A stretch of 64,000 nucleotides of DNA, taken from contig JBLNDO010000023.1 in NCBI GenBank assembly GCA_050261675.1, positions 74,261 to 138,260 of the forward strand, given 5' to 3'. Made by a program: the position numbers and the translations under genes. Source of the DNA: Bacillota bacterium (lineage in GTDB: Bacteria; Pseudomonadota; Gammaproteobacteria; Natronospirales; REEB76). The notes beneath the pieces are model-generated. The model was not told the DNA's origin, made no database searches, and saw nothing but the letters and a program-made list of their open reading frames with translations. Shown piece after piece: positions 22,504 to 32,982 of the stretch (within the stretch, counting starts at the first letter, position 1; the number at the start of each line of letters is the position of its first letter).

Positions 22504-23464
22504 CCACATGGGCCGTACGCTCCTGGAAACGCTCCAGGGCGAACCACTTGCGGTACCAGTCGACCGTCTCCTTCAAACCTTCCTTGAAACCCACCCGCGG
22601 CGCATAGCCGAGTAGCTCCCGCGCCTTGCCGATATCGGCCTGGGAGTGTTTCACGTCGCCGGTGCGCGACGGCTCGAAATGGGGCTTGAGCTGCTCGCCG
22701 AGGAAGTCCTCAAGCGCCTCCACCAGGTCCAGCAGGCTGCGGCGCTCGCCGCAGGCCACGTTGATGACCTCACCCGCGGCCCGCGGCGCGGTCGCGGCTG
22801 CGATGGTCGCGTCCACTGCGTTCGCGACATAGGTGAAATCCCGGGACTGGGTGCCGTCGCCGTAGATGACCGGAGCCAGGCCTTTCAAGCCGGCGTCGAT
22901 GAACCGCGGTATGACCGCCGCGTATTCCGACTTCGGATCCTGGCGCGGCCCGAACACGTTGAAGTAACGAACACAGGCGGTCTCGAGACCGAAGGCTTCC
23001 CAGTAGACGCGGCAATAGTGCTCGCCGGTGAGTTTCGAGACCGCATAGGGCGACGCAGGCGCCGGCTTAGCGTCCTCGCACTTCGGCAGCGTCGCCAGGT
23101 TGCCGTAGGCTGACGAGGATGCGGCATAGACAACGCGCTTGACGCCGGCCCGGCGGCTCGCATCCAGCACATTGAGGGTCCCGGTCTCGTTGACCGCGTG
23201 GGTGGCAAGGGGATCGCGGAGCGATCTCCCTACGGAAGCAAGCGCCGCCAGGTGGAAGACATGGTCCATGCCCTCCACCGCGCGCCAGACGCACCCCGGG
23301 TCACGGACATCCCCCTCCAGGAGCTCCACCGGCAGGCTCGCGACATTGTCGCGCTTGCCCGTGGAAAAGTCGTCCAAGACCCATACATCATGGCTCTGGT
23401 GCAACAGCGCGCGTGCCAGATGCGAGCCGATGAAGCCGGCTCCGCCTGTGATCAGACATTTCAT
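22472..23464 (-). CDS. NAD-dependent nucleotide-sugar epimerase (extended SDR, WbpP/TviC-like)
   Basis: Start MKCLITGGAGFIGSHL (ATG 23464). Catalytic YAVSK is present, with full-length extended-SDR architecture. Confidence 0.85.
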   Translation of the reverse strand: MKCLITGGAGFIGSHLARALLHQSHDVWVLDDFSTGKRDNVASLPVELLEGDVRDPGCVWRAVEGMDHVFHLAALASVGRSLRDPLATHAVNETGTLNVLDASRRAGVKRVVYAASSSAYGNLATLPKCEDAKPAPASPYAVSKLTGEHYCRVYWEAFGLETACVRYFNVFGPRQDPKSEYAAVIPRFIDAGLKGLAPVIYGDGTQSRDFTYVANAVDATIAAATAPRAAGEVINVACGERRSLLDLVEALEDFLGEQLKPHFEPSRTGDVKHSQADIGKARELLGYAPRVGFKEGLKETVDWYRKWFALERFQERTAHVEKNRDLAAHP

Positions 23465-23618
23465 GGCAGGTACCTCATGCTGAACGGAAAAACTGAGCCG
23501 CGACGGCGGCAAGCAGGACGCCGGTGACAGGCATCCACGGCTCAACGTGCGCAGGAAGGCGCGCCGATGGGCGAAGAACTAGGGGAACGGAATGCAGGAA
23601 GGAGAGGCGGTAACCCTT

Positions 23619-24074
23619 TCAGCGTCCGCTGACCTTGGTCTCGCGGTGATAATCGTCCTCCAGACGCACGATATCGTCTTCGCTGAGGACGTCGCCCTTC
23701 TGCACCTCGACGATGCATACGGGGACCGGCCCGGAATTCCCCAGGCGGTGAGCATCCCCCGCCGGGATGAACGCCGAGTCATGCAGGCCGAGCTCGACGG
23801 CACAGCCGCCGATCACGGCGTCCGCCCTGCCCGCCACGCACACCCAATATTCGCTGCGGTGACGGTGGTATTGGAGGCTGAGACGGTGCCCGGGGTGCAC
23901 CTCGATGAGCTTCACCTTGACGCCCTCAGCCTCATACAGCACCGTCCAGCTGCCCCAAGGCCGGGTCACAGGCTCGACAGGTGCCGTCAGCGCCGTTGGC
24001 GCAGGGTGGGCCTTGGAAGCGATATTCAGATCCAATTCCTGTTTCATGGGCGCTCCTCCGGTATCAGAGTTCAT
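23619..24074 (-). CDS. Cupin protein, type II phosphomannose isomerase C-terminal-domain-like
   Basis: RPWGSW...[31 protein letters not shown] is the PMI type II cupin signature. The start overlaps the glmS stop as ATGA (24074-24071). Confidence 0.7.
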   Translation of the reverse strand: MNSDTGGAPMKQELDLNIASKAHPAPTALTAPVEPVTRPWGSWTVLYEAEGVKVKLIEVHPGHRLSLQYHRHRSEYWVCVAGRADAVIGGCAVELGLHDSAFIPAGDAHRLGNSGPVPVCIVEVQKGDVLSEDDIVRLEDDYHRETKVSGR

Positions 24075-25897
24075 TCGACGGTGACGGATTTGGCGAGGTT
24101 GCGGGGCTTGTCCACGTCGTTGCCGCGCTTCAGGGCGGTGTGATAGGCAAGCAGTTGCACCGGGATGGCGTGTACGACGGGCGAAAGGACGCCCGCGTGC
24201 CGCGGCGTGCGGATCACGTGCACGCCTTCACTCTCCGCGAACCGGCTGTCCTGGTCGGCGAACACGAAGAGTTCGCCGCCCCGGGCCCTGACCTCCTGCA
24301 TGTTGGATTTCAGCTTCTCCAGGAGGGCGTCGTTAGGGGCGATGATCACTACCGGCATTTCCCGATCCACGAGCGCCAGGGGGCCGTGCTTCAACTCGCC
24401 GGCGGGATAGGCCTCGGCGTGCACATAGGAGATTTCCTTGAGCTTGAGCGCCCCCTCGAGGGCGATGGGGTAATGCACGCCACGGCCCAGGAAGAGCGCG
24501 TGCTGGCGGTCCGCGAAGCGCTGCGCCCAGGCGCTGATCTGAGGCTCGAGGTTGAGCGCGTGCTGCACCGCCTCCGGCAGCTGCCGGAGGCAGAGGCCGT
24601 AGGCTTGCTCAGCGGCCGATTCCAGCAGGCCGCGGGTCTTCGCGAGAGTCACCGCCAGGATGAACAGGGAGACAAGCTGGGTCGTGAAGGCCTTGGTGGA
24701 GGCGACGCCGATCTCGGGCCCCGCCCGGGTGTGGAAGGTGAGCGCCGACGCCCGCGGTATGGCGCTTTCCGGCACGTTGCAGACGGACAGGGTGCGCTCC
24801 TGGCCGAGCGCCCTGGCGTGTTTCAGGGCTTCCAGGGTGTCCAGCGTCTCGCCGGACTGGGAGACGGTGACCACGAGCTGCCGGGGGTTCGGCACGCTCC
24901 GGCGGTAGCGGTATTCGCTTGCGATTTCCACGGATACCGGCAAACCGGCCAGTGCCTCGATCCAGTAACGCGCGGTGAGCCCCGCGTAATGGCTGGTCCC
25001 CGCTGCGAGCACCAGCACCGAATCCAGGTCGCCGAAGAGCTCCCCGGCGCCGGCGCCGAACTGGCTCGGGGCGAAGCCGGTTTCCAGCGCGGGCTTCGCG
25101 GTCTCGGCGAGCGCGGCGGGCTGCTCGTGGATCTCCTTCTGCATGTAATGCCGGTAGGAACCCAGTTCCAGGGCCGCCAGGGCCACGTCGCTCACATGCA
25201 CCCGGCGTTCCGTCGGCCGGCCGGCGCGGTCCACGACTGCCACACGCAAATCCCTCAGCTGCACCACGTCCCCGTCTTCCAGGTAGATCACCCGGCGGGT
25301 GGCGGAGAGTACCGCCGAAACGTCCGAGGCCAGGAAGTTCTCGCCTTCCCCGAGTCCCACCAGCAGCGGACAGCCCATGCGGGCGCCGGTGATCACATCT
25401 GGGTTCTTGAGGGAAAGCACGCCGATGGCATAGGCCCCCACGAGCTGACGTACCGCCTCGCGGGTGGCCCGGAACAGGTCGCCGTGCTGCTTCAGGTGCC
25501 AGTGGATGAGGTGGGCGATGACCTCGGTGTCGGTCTGGGACGAGAACGTGTAGCCCAATTCCTTGAGGCGCGCACGCTGCTCCTCATGGTTCTCGATGAT
25601 GCCGTTGTGCACCACCGCGATCTCGCCCATGGAGATGTGCGGGTGGGCATTGGACTCGGTCACGCCGCCGTGGGTGGCCCAGCGGGTGTGCCCGATGCCG
25701 GCCAGTCCCGCTAGCTTCTCCGTCCGCGCTCGGTCTCGCATCTCCGCCACGCGACCTACGCTGCGCACGCGGCGGATGCCACCATTCAGCACGGCGATGC
25801 CAGCCGAGTCGTAGCCGCGGTATTCGAGCCTCTGAAGGCCCTCGATCAATAACGGCACCACATTGCGCCCCGCCACCGCCGCCACTATCCCGCACAT
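24071..25897 (-). CDS. glmS: Glutamine--fructose-6-phosphate aminotransferase
   Basis: N-terminal MCGIVAAV (catalytic Cys2) and canonical C-terminus [13 protein letters not shown]. 608 aa from ATG 25897. Confidence 0.9.
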   Translation of the reverse strand: MCGIVAAVAGRNVVPLLIEGLQRLEYRGYDSAGIAVLNGGIRRVRSVGRVAEMRDRARTEKLAGLAGIGHTRWATHGGVTESNAHPHISMGEIAVVHNGIIENHEEQRARLKELGYTFSSQTDTEVIAHLIHWHLKQHGDLFRATREAVRQLVGAYAIGVLSLKNPDVITGARMGCPLLVGLGEGENFLASDVSAVLSATRRVIYLEDGDVVQLRDLRVAVVDRAGRPTERRVHVSDVALAALELGSYRHYMQKEIHEQPAALAETAKPALETGFAPSQFGAGAGELFGDLDSVLVLAAGTSHYAGLTARYWIEALAGLPVSVEIASEYRYRRSVPNPRQLVVTVSQSGETLDTLEALKHARALGQERTLSVCNVPESAIPRASALTFHTRAGPEIGVASTKAFTTQLVSLFILAVTLAKTRGLLESAAEQAYGLCLRQLPEAVQHALNLEPQISAWAQRFADRQHALFLGRGVHYPIALEGALKLKEISYVHAEAYPAGELKHGPLALVDREMPVVIIAPNDALLEKLKSNMQEVRARGGELFVFADQDSRFAESEGVHVIRTPRHAGVLSPVVHAIPVQLLAYHTALKRGNDVDKPRNLAKSVTVE

Positions 25898-25922
25898 GCA
25901 CCCATCTCCATATTGCAACCGC

Positions 25923-27107
25923 TCAGCCGGCCCTCCGCTCCCAGGTAACCTGTTGCCGCCCGTTCAAGAAGCGGACGAAAGCCACCACCGTCGCCCAGTT
26001 CAAGAGGCAGAATGCGTAGGGCACGTTGAGGAAGAACGGACGGCGCGCTGCACCCCGCGTCAAGTAACCGAGAAAGGCGGCGATATAGAACGCCGCCTGG
26101 GCGGCGAACAGGCCGGTGTAATCGGGGTCAGCCAGAAGCAACAGGTTCGAGCCAAAGACCGCAGCCAGGCCCAAAGGGCTCAGTAGGCGGCAAGCCTTGT
26201 GGGAGACGGTCTGGACCCACAGCCGATTGCTGAACGGGTTCAGGAGCCAAGGCCGCAGGACAAGGAGCTGGAAATTGCCAGCGATGGTGCGCAGCTTGCG
26301 CATGAATTCCTCGCGCGCCGTCGCCGTCACCCAGTCATAGGCGCGGGCACGCGGCTCGAACAGCACGCGATAACCCTGGCGGACCACCTCCATGGGAATC
26401 AGCACGTCATCCAGGATCGTGACCGCGGGTATGGGCATAAAGAGCGAGCGGCGCAGGGCGTAGATCGCGCCGGTGACACCCACCGACGAATCGACGCGGC
26501 TCTCGTGCAAGCGCATGAACTTCTCGTAACGCCAGTAGAAGTCGACGCCCTTTCCGACCTCCGAGCGGCCTGGCCCATCCAGGAGCACCAGTTCGCCGCT
26601 CACGGCGCCCACCTCCGAGTCCGAAAAGCACTCGGCAAGCGCGCGCAGGGCATTGGCCTCGAACCGCTGCCTGACGTCGGCAAGCACCACGATCTCCCCC
26701 TTCGCCCGGGGAATTACATCGTTGAGCACCGCGCTCTTGCCGCGCCGCTGACTGAATTCGATCACCTGGACGTACTCGGAGTGGTAATTCCGTGCTTGCT
26801 CCGCCGTCGTGTCCGTGGAACCATCCGAAGCGAGGATCAGGTCGAGGCGGTCCCAGGGGTAATCCAGGTCCAGGAAATTCTCCAGGCGCTGCTGAATGCG
26901 CCGCGCCTCATTGTGTGCCACGACTACCAGGGTCATGCATGGCAGCAATGGGCTCGTCCGCAGTGGACGTGGGCTCAGCCACGACCACAGGCGGATGAGC
27001 AGCGGATATCCGATGTACGTGTAGAGCAGGAACGCGATCGACGTCCAGAAGACCGCGTACGCACCCGTGATGTCTACCATGACGCGCCCGACCTCAATGT
27101 TTGCCAA
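25923..27107 (-). CDS. Membrane-bound glycosyltransferase family 2
   Basis: N- and C-terminal TM segments flank a GT2 core ([11 protein letters not shown]...[12 protein letters not shown]...VLADVRQ). Start uncertain (27107 or 27080). Confidence 0.8.
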   Translation of the reverse strand: MANIEVGRVMVDITGAYAVFWTSIAFLLYTYIGYPLLIRLWSWLSPRPLRTSPLLPCMTLVVVAHNEARRIQQRLENFLDLDYPWDRLDLILASDGSTDTTAEQARNYHSEYVQVIEFSQRRGKSAVLNDVIPRAKGEIVVLADVRQRFEANALRALAECFSDSEVGAVSGELVLLDGPGRSEVGKGVDFYWRYEKFMRLHESRVDSSVGVTGAIYALRRSLFMPIPAVTILDDVLIPMEVVRQGYRVLFEPRARAYDWVTATAREEFMRKLRTIAGNFQLLVLRPWLLNPFSNRLWVQTVSHKACRLLSPLGLAAVFGSNLLLLADPDYTGLFAAQAAFYIAAFLGYLTRGAARRPFFLNVPYAFCLLNWATVVAFVRFLNGRQQVTWERRAG

Positions 27108-28842
27108 AACAGGAGGGGACGTTGTTCGCGAGCGATATGCCGCCGTAGGTCCTCAGGGCGGCACACAATTCATCGATATCGGCGCCGATGTCCTTGCCAT
27201 CGTCGCCGGCTGAATGGAAGTCGCTACCTGGCGCGAGCCGGTAATCTCCACTGGCGGCATCGATGAAATTGACGCCGGCGATGGTCCTCGGAAAATAGTT
27301 GCCGGACGGATAGGCTGCTGCGGGCGCGCCGATGATGACGTTCTTATGGACGTCGGCGTCCGGGAAATACACCTCCAAGGTCGCGTCGCCTACCCCGGTA
27401 TTGGTGCCGATGATGCCGTAGGCGTTGTGCGGGGCGATGTTGTCGGCGTACCTGAAACCGGAATGCGGATGTCCGTCGCTGAAGACGATGCTGCCGGTCT
27501 GCAGCGAGGTATTGTGCATCACGTGCACATCCAGAGTGCCGTCGTTCATCGCCAGCAGCACCCCCTGCCCCCACACCCCGCCCACGTCGTCGAACAGGTT
27601 GTTGGCGATCAAGATGCGCTGTGTCTGCCGGCTGGGGGCATTGTTGTCAAAGCCGAGGACGTTGACGCCATTCGCCACATGCCGGATCACGTTGTCGGTG
27701 AAGCTGACGTCCTGCACCACGGACCAGGGCGCGCTGCCGTTTTGGTCCCGCACCGTGAAAAGCACGGAGAAACCGTCCTGGGACTGCGCCCAGTTGTATT
27801 CGAACACGTTGCCCTCCACGAGCACGCGTTGGGCGTTCTTGAGCTCGAACAGGTTCTTGATGGTCCAATTGGTGCCCTGGTAACCCGGATCTCCGGACTT
27901 CCAGGCGAGCTGCTTGCTGAAATGGTTGCCGCGCACCTCGATGTCGGAGGGCACGAGATTCGGGATGCTCGGATCCTCCCCTCCGAACATCACGTTCTCA
28001 CCCGCGGCTTCCAGGTAGTCATCCGTGATCTTGAACGGGCCGGGGCCGTTCCAGGCCGAGAGCGCCTGGCTGTCTTCACCGGCCTCCTTGAAATCGGAGA
28101 GATAGGAATCAATGACGGCGATGTTCGCGCCGTTCATGGCCACGCCCCGCCGCGCACCCACCACGGGATCCCCGTGCAGGTAGCAGCGATCAAAGATGAT
28201 GTGGTGCGGCAGCGTCGCGATGTTGGTGTCCGCGTTGCCCAGGTTCACGAGGTTTTCCAGGAACGCCACCGCCGGCGTGGAACCGGCCGGCTCCCTTCCT
28301 CCGCCGTCGTGCCACAGATCATGCAGCCAGCCGAGGGCGCGCCGCATGGACATGGCGACGGGTGCGCCCGGGCGGATCTCCAGGCCGATGAAGCGGTAGT
28401 GGTGTGCGCCGTTGGCGGTCAGCATCACCGACTGGGACGCCGCTTCGAGCTTGGGCATGGCGGGCGCATCGGTGGGCGTCACCCGGCCGCCGGGGGGTGG
28501 CAGGGTGGACATGGCACTGGACTGGACTGTGATCCAGCCATCGCCGTGTTTCGCCGGCAGGGTAAAGGGGCCGGTGTAGACCGCGCCGGCCTGCAGCACG
28601 ATGAGGTCCCCCGGCGCGGCGTGGTCGAGTGCGGCTTGGAAGTCTCCGCCCGCGGCAACGTTCAGCGTCCTGCCCGTCGGGGCCACATAGCGCGTATCCA
28701 CGTACTGCCGGGGCGGCTCGGGATTATGGCGCGTCTCGACTTCCGCTGACGTGGTGTGGCAGCCGGGCGTGATCAGGACCGGACTGACAGCGCCGGACGC
28801 GAGGACGAAGGTGTAAAAGGCTCGGATGACGAGAGTGTGCAT
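27094..28842 (-). CDS. Lipoprotein with right-handed parallel beta-helix fold (polysaccharide lyase / C5-epimerase-like)
   Basis: ATG 28842 follows GGAGGAGG. Lipobox ITPG|C. Beta-helix repeat pattern (NNLFDDVGG..., HNTSLQTG..., ADNIAPHN...) with the tail GDYRLAPGSDFHSAGDDGKDIGA typical of this fold. Confidence 0.65.
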   Translation of the reverse strand: MHTLVIRAFYTFVLASGAVSPVLITPGCHTTSAEVETRHNPEPPRQYVDTRYVAPTGRTLNVAAGGDFQAALDHAAPGDLIVLQAGAVYTGPFTLPAKHGDGWITVQSSAMSTLPPPGGRVTPTDAPAMPKLEAASQSVMLTANGAHHYRFIGLEIRPGAPVAMSMRRALGWLHDLWHDGGGREPAGSTPAVAFLENLVNLGNADTNIATLPHHIIFDRCYLHGDPVVGARRGVAMNGANIAVIDSYLSDFKEAGEDSQALSAWNGPGPFKITDDYLEAAGENVMFGGEDPSIPNLVPSDIEVRGNHFSKQLAWKSGDPGYQGTNWTIKNLFELKNAQRVLVEGNVFEYNWAQSQDGFSVLFTVRDQNGSAPWSVVQDVSFTDNVIRHVANGVNVLGFDNNAPSRQTQRILIANNLFDDVGGVWGQGVLLAMNDGTLDVHVMHNTSLQTGSIVFSDGHPHSGFRYADNIAPHNAYGIIGTNTGVGDATLEVYFPDADVHKNVIIGAPAAAYPSGNYFPRTIAGVNFIDAASGDYRLAPGSDFHSAGDDGKDIGADIDELCAALRTYGGISLANNVPSCFGKH

Positions 28843-30146
28843 TGGCTTTCCTCCTCCACGGCGGGAGGCAACTGGACCATGCCGCGCGTGAGGTCTATGA
28901 CGGCGGTGCCCGGCGGGGCGGTGGCGAGTGCGGCGTCGGTCTCTTGGCCGCCGTTCCCCACCACCAGAAGTTCGGCGTGAGCCAGGAGATCGGTGGCATC
29001 CGCGCACATCAAGGAAGCGATGTGCGGTATTTCTTCCTCGATATAACGCCGGTTCGCGCCCATCAGCCGCGCCACCGCGACGTTGTGGTCGAGTATGCGC
29101 ACGTCACAACCCTTGCCGATGAGCGCTTCGACCACGGAGACCATGGGGCTTTCGCGGAGGTCGTCGGTGCCGGGCTTGAATGACAGGCCGATGACGCCGA
29201 TACGTTTCTTGCGGGTGGCGAGCACAGCGTCGATGGCACGGCGCACCTGCGAATCGTTGGATCGCAGGATGCTGCCGATCAAAGGCATCTCGACGTCGGT
29301 ATTCCGTGCCGCATAGGTCAGGGCGCGTACGTCCTTCGGCAGGCAGGATCCGCCGAAGGCGAACCCCGGCCTGAGGTAGGCCTCGGAGACGTTGAGCTTG
29401 TGGTCCATGCGAAATATGCGCATCACTTCCTGCGCATCCACTCCAAACCCAGAACAGGCGTCACCGATCTCGTTTGCGAAGCAGACCTTGAGGGCATGGA
29501 AGGCATTCGCAACGTACTTGATCATTTCCGCCGTGCGGATTGAGGTGTGGACGAACGGCGCTTCCACGTTCGCATAGAGTTCCTGCACCCGCGCAGCGGT
29601 CTCCGCGTCCTCGCACCCGACCAGCGTAAACGGCGGTTGCAGGAAGTCCTGCAGCGCACTACCTTCGCGGATGAACTCGGGGTTCACCACGACCTTGAGG
29701 CCGGCGCGAGAGCGGCGTCGCATGCCTCCGAGCAACGCCGGGATCACCACATTTTCCACCGTGCCTGGCAACACCGTGCTGCGCACGATCACGGTGTAGT
29801 TCCCGTCGTGCTCGTGCAGACCGTGGCCGATTTCGCGGCATACTTGGGCCAGGACTTCGACATTAAGCTGCCCATTTGGATGCCCCGGCGTGCCGACGCA
29901 GACGAGCGCCACGTCCGAGGCCGCGATCGCCTCGACGCTGGAAACGGTCGCACGCAGGCGTCCCATGGCGACCGTCGCAGCCAGAAGCGGCTCGAGCCCC
30001 GGCTCGACGATGGGCGAAGTTCCGGCGTTTATCATCGCCACCTTCTCCTCGTTCACGTCCACGCCCACCACCAGATGGCCTGCCTCCGCCAGCCGGGCGG
30101 CGCTCACGCAGCCCACGTAACCGAGTCCGAATATGCTGATGCGCAT
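28773..30146 (-). CDS. Nucleotide-sugar 6-dehydrogenase, GDP-mannose dehydrogenase (AlgD)-like
   Basis: MRISIFGLGYVGCVSAARLAEAGHLVVGVDVNEEKVAMINAGTSPIVEPGLEPLL closely matches the AlgD N-terminus as I remember it. The 3' end overlaps the next gene by ~70 nt. Confidence 0.75.
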   Translation of the reverse strand: MRISIFGLGYVGCVSAARLAEAGHLVVGVDVNEEKVAMINAGTSPIVEPGLEPLLAATVAMGRLRATVSSVEAIAASDVALVCVGTPGHPNGQLNVEVLAQVCREIGHGLHEHDGNYTVIVRSTVLPGTVENVVIPALLGGMRRRSRAGLKVVVNPEFIREGSALQDFLQPPFTLVGCEDAETAARVQELYANVEAPFVHTSIRTAEMIKYVANAFHALKVCFANEIGDACSGFGVDAQEVMRIFRMDHKLNVSEAYLRPGFAFGGSCLPKDVRALTYAARNTDVEMPLIGSILRSNDSQVRRAIDAVLATRKKRIGVIGLSFKPGTDDLRESPMVSVVEALIGKGCDVRILDHNVAVARLMGANRRYIEEEIPHIASLMCADATDLLAHAELLVVGNGGQETDAALATAPPGTAVIDLTRGMVQLPPAVEEESQCTLSSSEPFTPSSSRPALSVRS

Positions 30147-30171
30147 GATCTTGTGCCTCCCGACAGGGGTT

Positions 30172-30969
30172 TCAGGGCCGCCGGCCCAGCCGGGCGACCC
30201 GACCGGCGATTTCAGGGTATGCATCGCCCAGCGCCGCTTTGAGCGCCTTCTTCGCGTTCCATGCGAGCCACGCCCCGTAACGGGCGGCGGGCGACCCGCG
30301 TACGAGGCGCGCCGGATAATCCGCCGGGCAGCCGCGCCGCGCGGTGAAGCGCCCGAGCACCGTGCAGCCTGCGATCTCCCGCACCTGCGTTTCGGGCTCG
30401 GAGGTGAACAGAACGCTCAAACCCGCTTCCGCCGCGGCACGCGCCACGTGCGACGAGAAATATCCTCCGGGGACGGAGGCCATGGTCACGTCCGCACCCA
30501 GGATGTCCTGCAGCGCGCGCCGGCTATCGGACCATTCCCGCGACATCACACGCGGGGCGCAGGCCGAGAAACGGGCGGGATGGCTCACCGAATGGCTTCC
30601 GATCCCGTGGCCGCGCGCGTGCAGCTCGCGCAGGTGATGCTTTTGCAGGAATCCGCGCCGCCCGATGAACCCGGTGGTGACGAAGCAATGCCCGCGCCAA
30701 CCGCGCGCCTCGAGCCGGTCCGCCACGAGGCTGTGATACGACACACCACCGTCATCCACGGTTATCGCCACTGGTGTTCCCGGCCCCTCGCGATATGCGC
30801 CGGCGAGGAGCGCCGGAGGACACGGGAGTGCCGCTTCGAGTCCGGCGAGCTGGGCGTCGAAATCCGCGAGCGGTAGCTTGTATCGCGCCGCCCCCGCGCC
30901 GTCGAAACCGCTCTCCCCCGGGTCGTCCACGAAGACGTCGTGGAACAGGAGCGCCAGCAGCCTGTTCAC
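30172..30969 (-). CDS. Polysaccharide deacetylase (NodB-type) family protein
   Basis: Motifs are LLFHDV, ITVDDGGVSY and GHGIGSHSVSHP. The start overlaps the upstream stop as ATGA. Confidence 0.75.
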   Translation of the reverse strand: MNRLLALLFHDVFVDDPGESGFDGAGAARYKLPLADFDAQLAGLEAALPCPPALLAGAYREGPGTPVAITVDDGGVSYHSLVADRLEARGWRGHCFVTTGFIGRRGFLQKHHLRELHARGHGIGSHSVSHPARFSACAPRVMSREWSDSRRALQDILGADVTMASVPGGYFSSHVARAAAEAGLSVLFTSEPETQVREIAGCTVLGRFTARRGCPADYPARLVRGSPAARYGAWLAWNAKKALKAALGDAYPEIAGRVARLGRRP

Positions 30970-31742
30970 CGCATCGCTTCCTGGTGCGCGGCGCGTTTCC
31001 AGCGCAGGTAGGCGCTCAGCCAGGGTTGGCCCCAGGCGGCCGAGCGCCGGTGCCGGATGCGCAACGGCTCGGCGCGCCCGCGCCAGGCGGCGGTGAGTTT
31101 CGCGGCCACCACGTCCAGGTTCTCCAATACCACCCGATACTGCATGACAAGGTGGGACTCCTGGAGTTCATCGAACCGGTAGGAGGATTGCAGCAACACC
31201 GGTCCCGTATCCACGCCCTCGTCGATCTTCAGCAGGGTCATGCCGACGCGCTCCATGTCGCGATTCACGAGCGCCCAGAAACAACCGTGGGCGTTGCGGT
31301 ATTCAGGACAGATGCCCGGGTGCAGCACGTAGGTACCGCGGCTCGGCAACCGGAAGACCCCGGGTTTGAGCAGGGTCTTGCAACGAGCCAGAAGGACGTG
31401 TGGACGCGTCCATTTCAGGAACGCCTTAACCGCCTCGCCATTGGGTTCCCGGGTCACGAGCGTCATGACGCCCGCGGGATCCACGGGATATCGGTTCTTC
31501 AGGCGGGCGACTTCCGCCCCGATCCAGGCTTCATCACGGCGCGCCTGCCACAGGCGGTAATAGAGGCGGAAAGCCAACACATCGAGAAAGCGCAGCAGGC
31601 CCACGCGACGGATCTCCCGCCCAATCCGTTCGAAAATCCGCCGTCGGGGTTCACGCAGGCGAATGACGCCCACGAGGTGCATGCTGCTCGCGAGCCAGGC
31701 CGTAAGCCCCTCCGTGTCGATACGATCGCCCTCGTGGCACAT
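30966..31742 (-). CDS. Formyltransferase-fold protein
   Basis: HPGICPEYRNAHGCFWAL...GMTLLKIDEGVDTGPVLLQ matches the formyl-transferase N-domain pattern (HPS-LP-yRG ... iD-G-DtG-il). The start was set at ATG 31742 to avoid a 118-nt overlap and is uncertain. Confidence 0.6.
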   Translation of the reverse strand: MCHEGDRIDTEGLTAWLASSMHLVGVIRLREPRRRIFERIGREIRRVGLLRFLDVLAFRLYYRLWQARRDEAWIGAEVARLKNRYPVDPAGVMTLVTREPNGEAVKAFLKWTRPHVLLARCKTLLKPGVFRLPSRGTYVLHPGICPEYRNAHGCFWALVNRDMERVGMTLLKIDEGVDTGPVLLQSSYRFDELQESHLVMQYRVVLENLDVVAAKLTAAWRGRAEPLRIRHRRSAAWGQPWLSAYLRWKRAAHQEAMR

Positions 31743-31779
31743 GAGTACTACACGCGGCCGGTCGTGCCGGTGACGCAGG

Positions 31780-32982
31780 CTAGCCAAGGGCAGCCTCGCA
31801 GCAGGCGCCGAATTCGCGCGCCACCTGGCTCCACGCGTAACGCTCACGGGTAAGGCGCTGCCCCGCTTCGCCAAGCTCGCGGCGGCGCGCAGGATCACGC
31901 AGCAGGCTCACCACGGCGGCGGCAAACGCGGCGGGGTCGTCCGCCCGCAGGTAGTGCTGGTCCGGTTCGAGCGGCAGGCCTTCCACGCCGACCGCCGTGG
32001 AGACCACGGCCTTGCCCATGGACAGGGCCTCGAACACCTTGAGCCGTGTGCCGCCGCCGACCCGCAGCGGCACCACGTAGACCGCCGCCGCATCGATGAA
32101 AGGGCGCACGTCTTCCACCGTGCCGGTGACTCGCACGCCGGCGCTTACGGCCGCTTCGCACAGAGCCGCGCTCGGATTGCGCCCCACTACCGTGAGCGTC
32201 GTACCCGGAACCTCCCGGCGCACGGTTGGAAGGATATCGGAGATGAAGTGCCGGACGGCGTCCTCGTTCGGGTGCCAGTCCATGGAACCCGTGAACACCA
32301 GCTCCCCAGGCGCCTCGGGTGCGCCGTCGGGCTTGAAGTAATCCACATCCACCCCGGTCGGAACGCTGCGCAATGCGGCCTCCGGCGCCTCCCGGTGGAG
32401 CAATTCCCGGTCCTGGGGGGACACGGCGACCGTAAGCCGCGCCGCGCGGCAGACCCTGGCCTCGTAACGGCGCATCTTGCGCCATTCGATCCCGAGCAGG
32501 AGGCGGCGCCAGACCTGCGATTGCATCGCGGCGAGGCGTTTCAGAATCAGGTATTCCACGTTATGGGCGAAAAACACCACCGGCACGCCGCCCGTCAGCG
32601 GAACGTTGGGCGCGGCGAAGGCAAAATCGGCGATGCATAGATCGACTTGTCCGGACGCCAGCAGCCGCTCGACCTCGCGCCGCAGCGCCGGCACGCGGTA
32701 TTTCCACACGTCCACGGGCATCGGCGAGAACCAGGAACGGAGCAACATCCAAGGGAAACGGAAGCTATGCCACTTGGGAACCGTGTGTGGGAAGGAAAAC
32801 ACCCGCTTGCAACCGCTCAAGCGCCGATAAAGTTCCGCGGGGTCGTCTCCGGGCCCGTGCGTGGTGAGCACACTGACCGCATGGGTGCGCGCAAGCTCCG
32901 TCAGGATGTTGAGGCTGCGCAGCCGCCCTCCGCTGTTGGGCGGCCAGAGCCCGCCGACCTTGACCCAGAGGATCCGCATCAT
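31780..32982 (-). CDS. Glycosyltransferase family 4 (GT-B)
   Basis: Start MMRILWVKVGGLWPPNSGG (ATG 32982, ATGA overlap with the asnB-like stop). C-terminal GT4 motif VVPLRVGGGTRLKVFEALSMGKAVVST. Confidence 0.8.
   Translation of the reverse strand: MMRILWVKVGGLWPPNSGGRLRSLNILTELARTHAVSVLTTHGPGDDPAELYRRLSGCKRVFSFPHTVPKWHSFRFPWMLLRSWFSPMPVDVWKYRVPALRREVERLLASGQVDLCIADFAFAAPNVPLTGGVPVVFFAHNVEYLILKRLAAMQSQVWRRLLLGIEWRKMRRYEARVCRAARLTVAVSPQDRELLHREAPEAALRSVPTGVDVDYFKPDGAPEAPGELVFTGSMDWHPNEDAVRHFISDILPTVRREVPGTTLTVVGRNPSAALCEAAVSAGVRVTGTVEDVRPFIDAAAVYVVPLRVGGGTRLKVFEALSMGKAVVSTAVGVEGLPLEPDQHYLRADDPAAFAAAVVSLLRDPARRRELGEAGQRLTRERYAWSQVAREFGACCEAALG

Noticed and set aside
23981-25714. 577-aa plus-strand ORF antisense to glmS. 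Similar long shadow ORFs include 952-1905, 12601-13674, 14693-15898, 27214-28749, 33720-34946, 35833-37026, 53331-54218 and 56072-57046.
   Set aside because: Each overlaps a gene with unmistakable family motifs on the other strand. The translations are dominated by R, G, A, P and H and carry no recognisable signatures. Stop-codon depletion in GC-rich DNA explains them.
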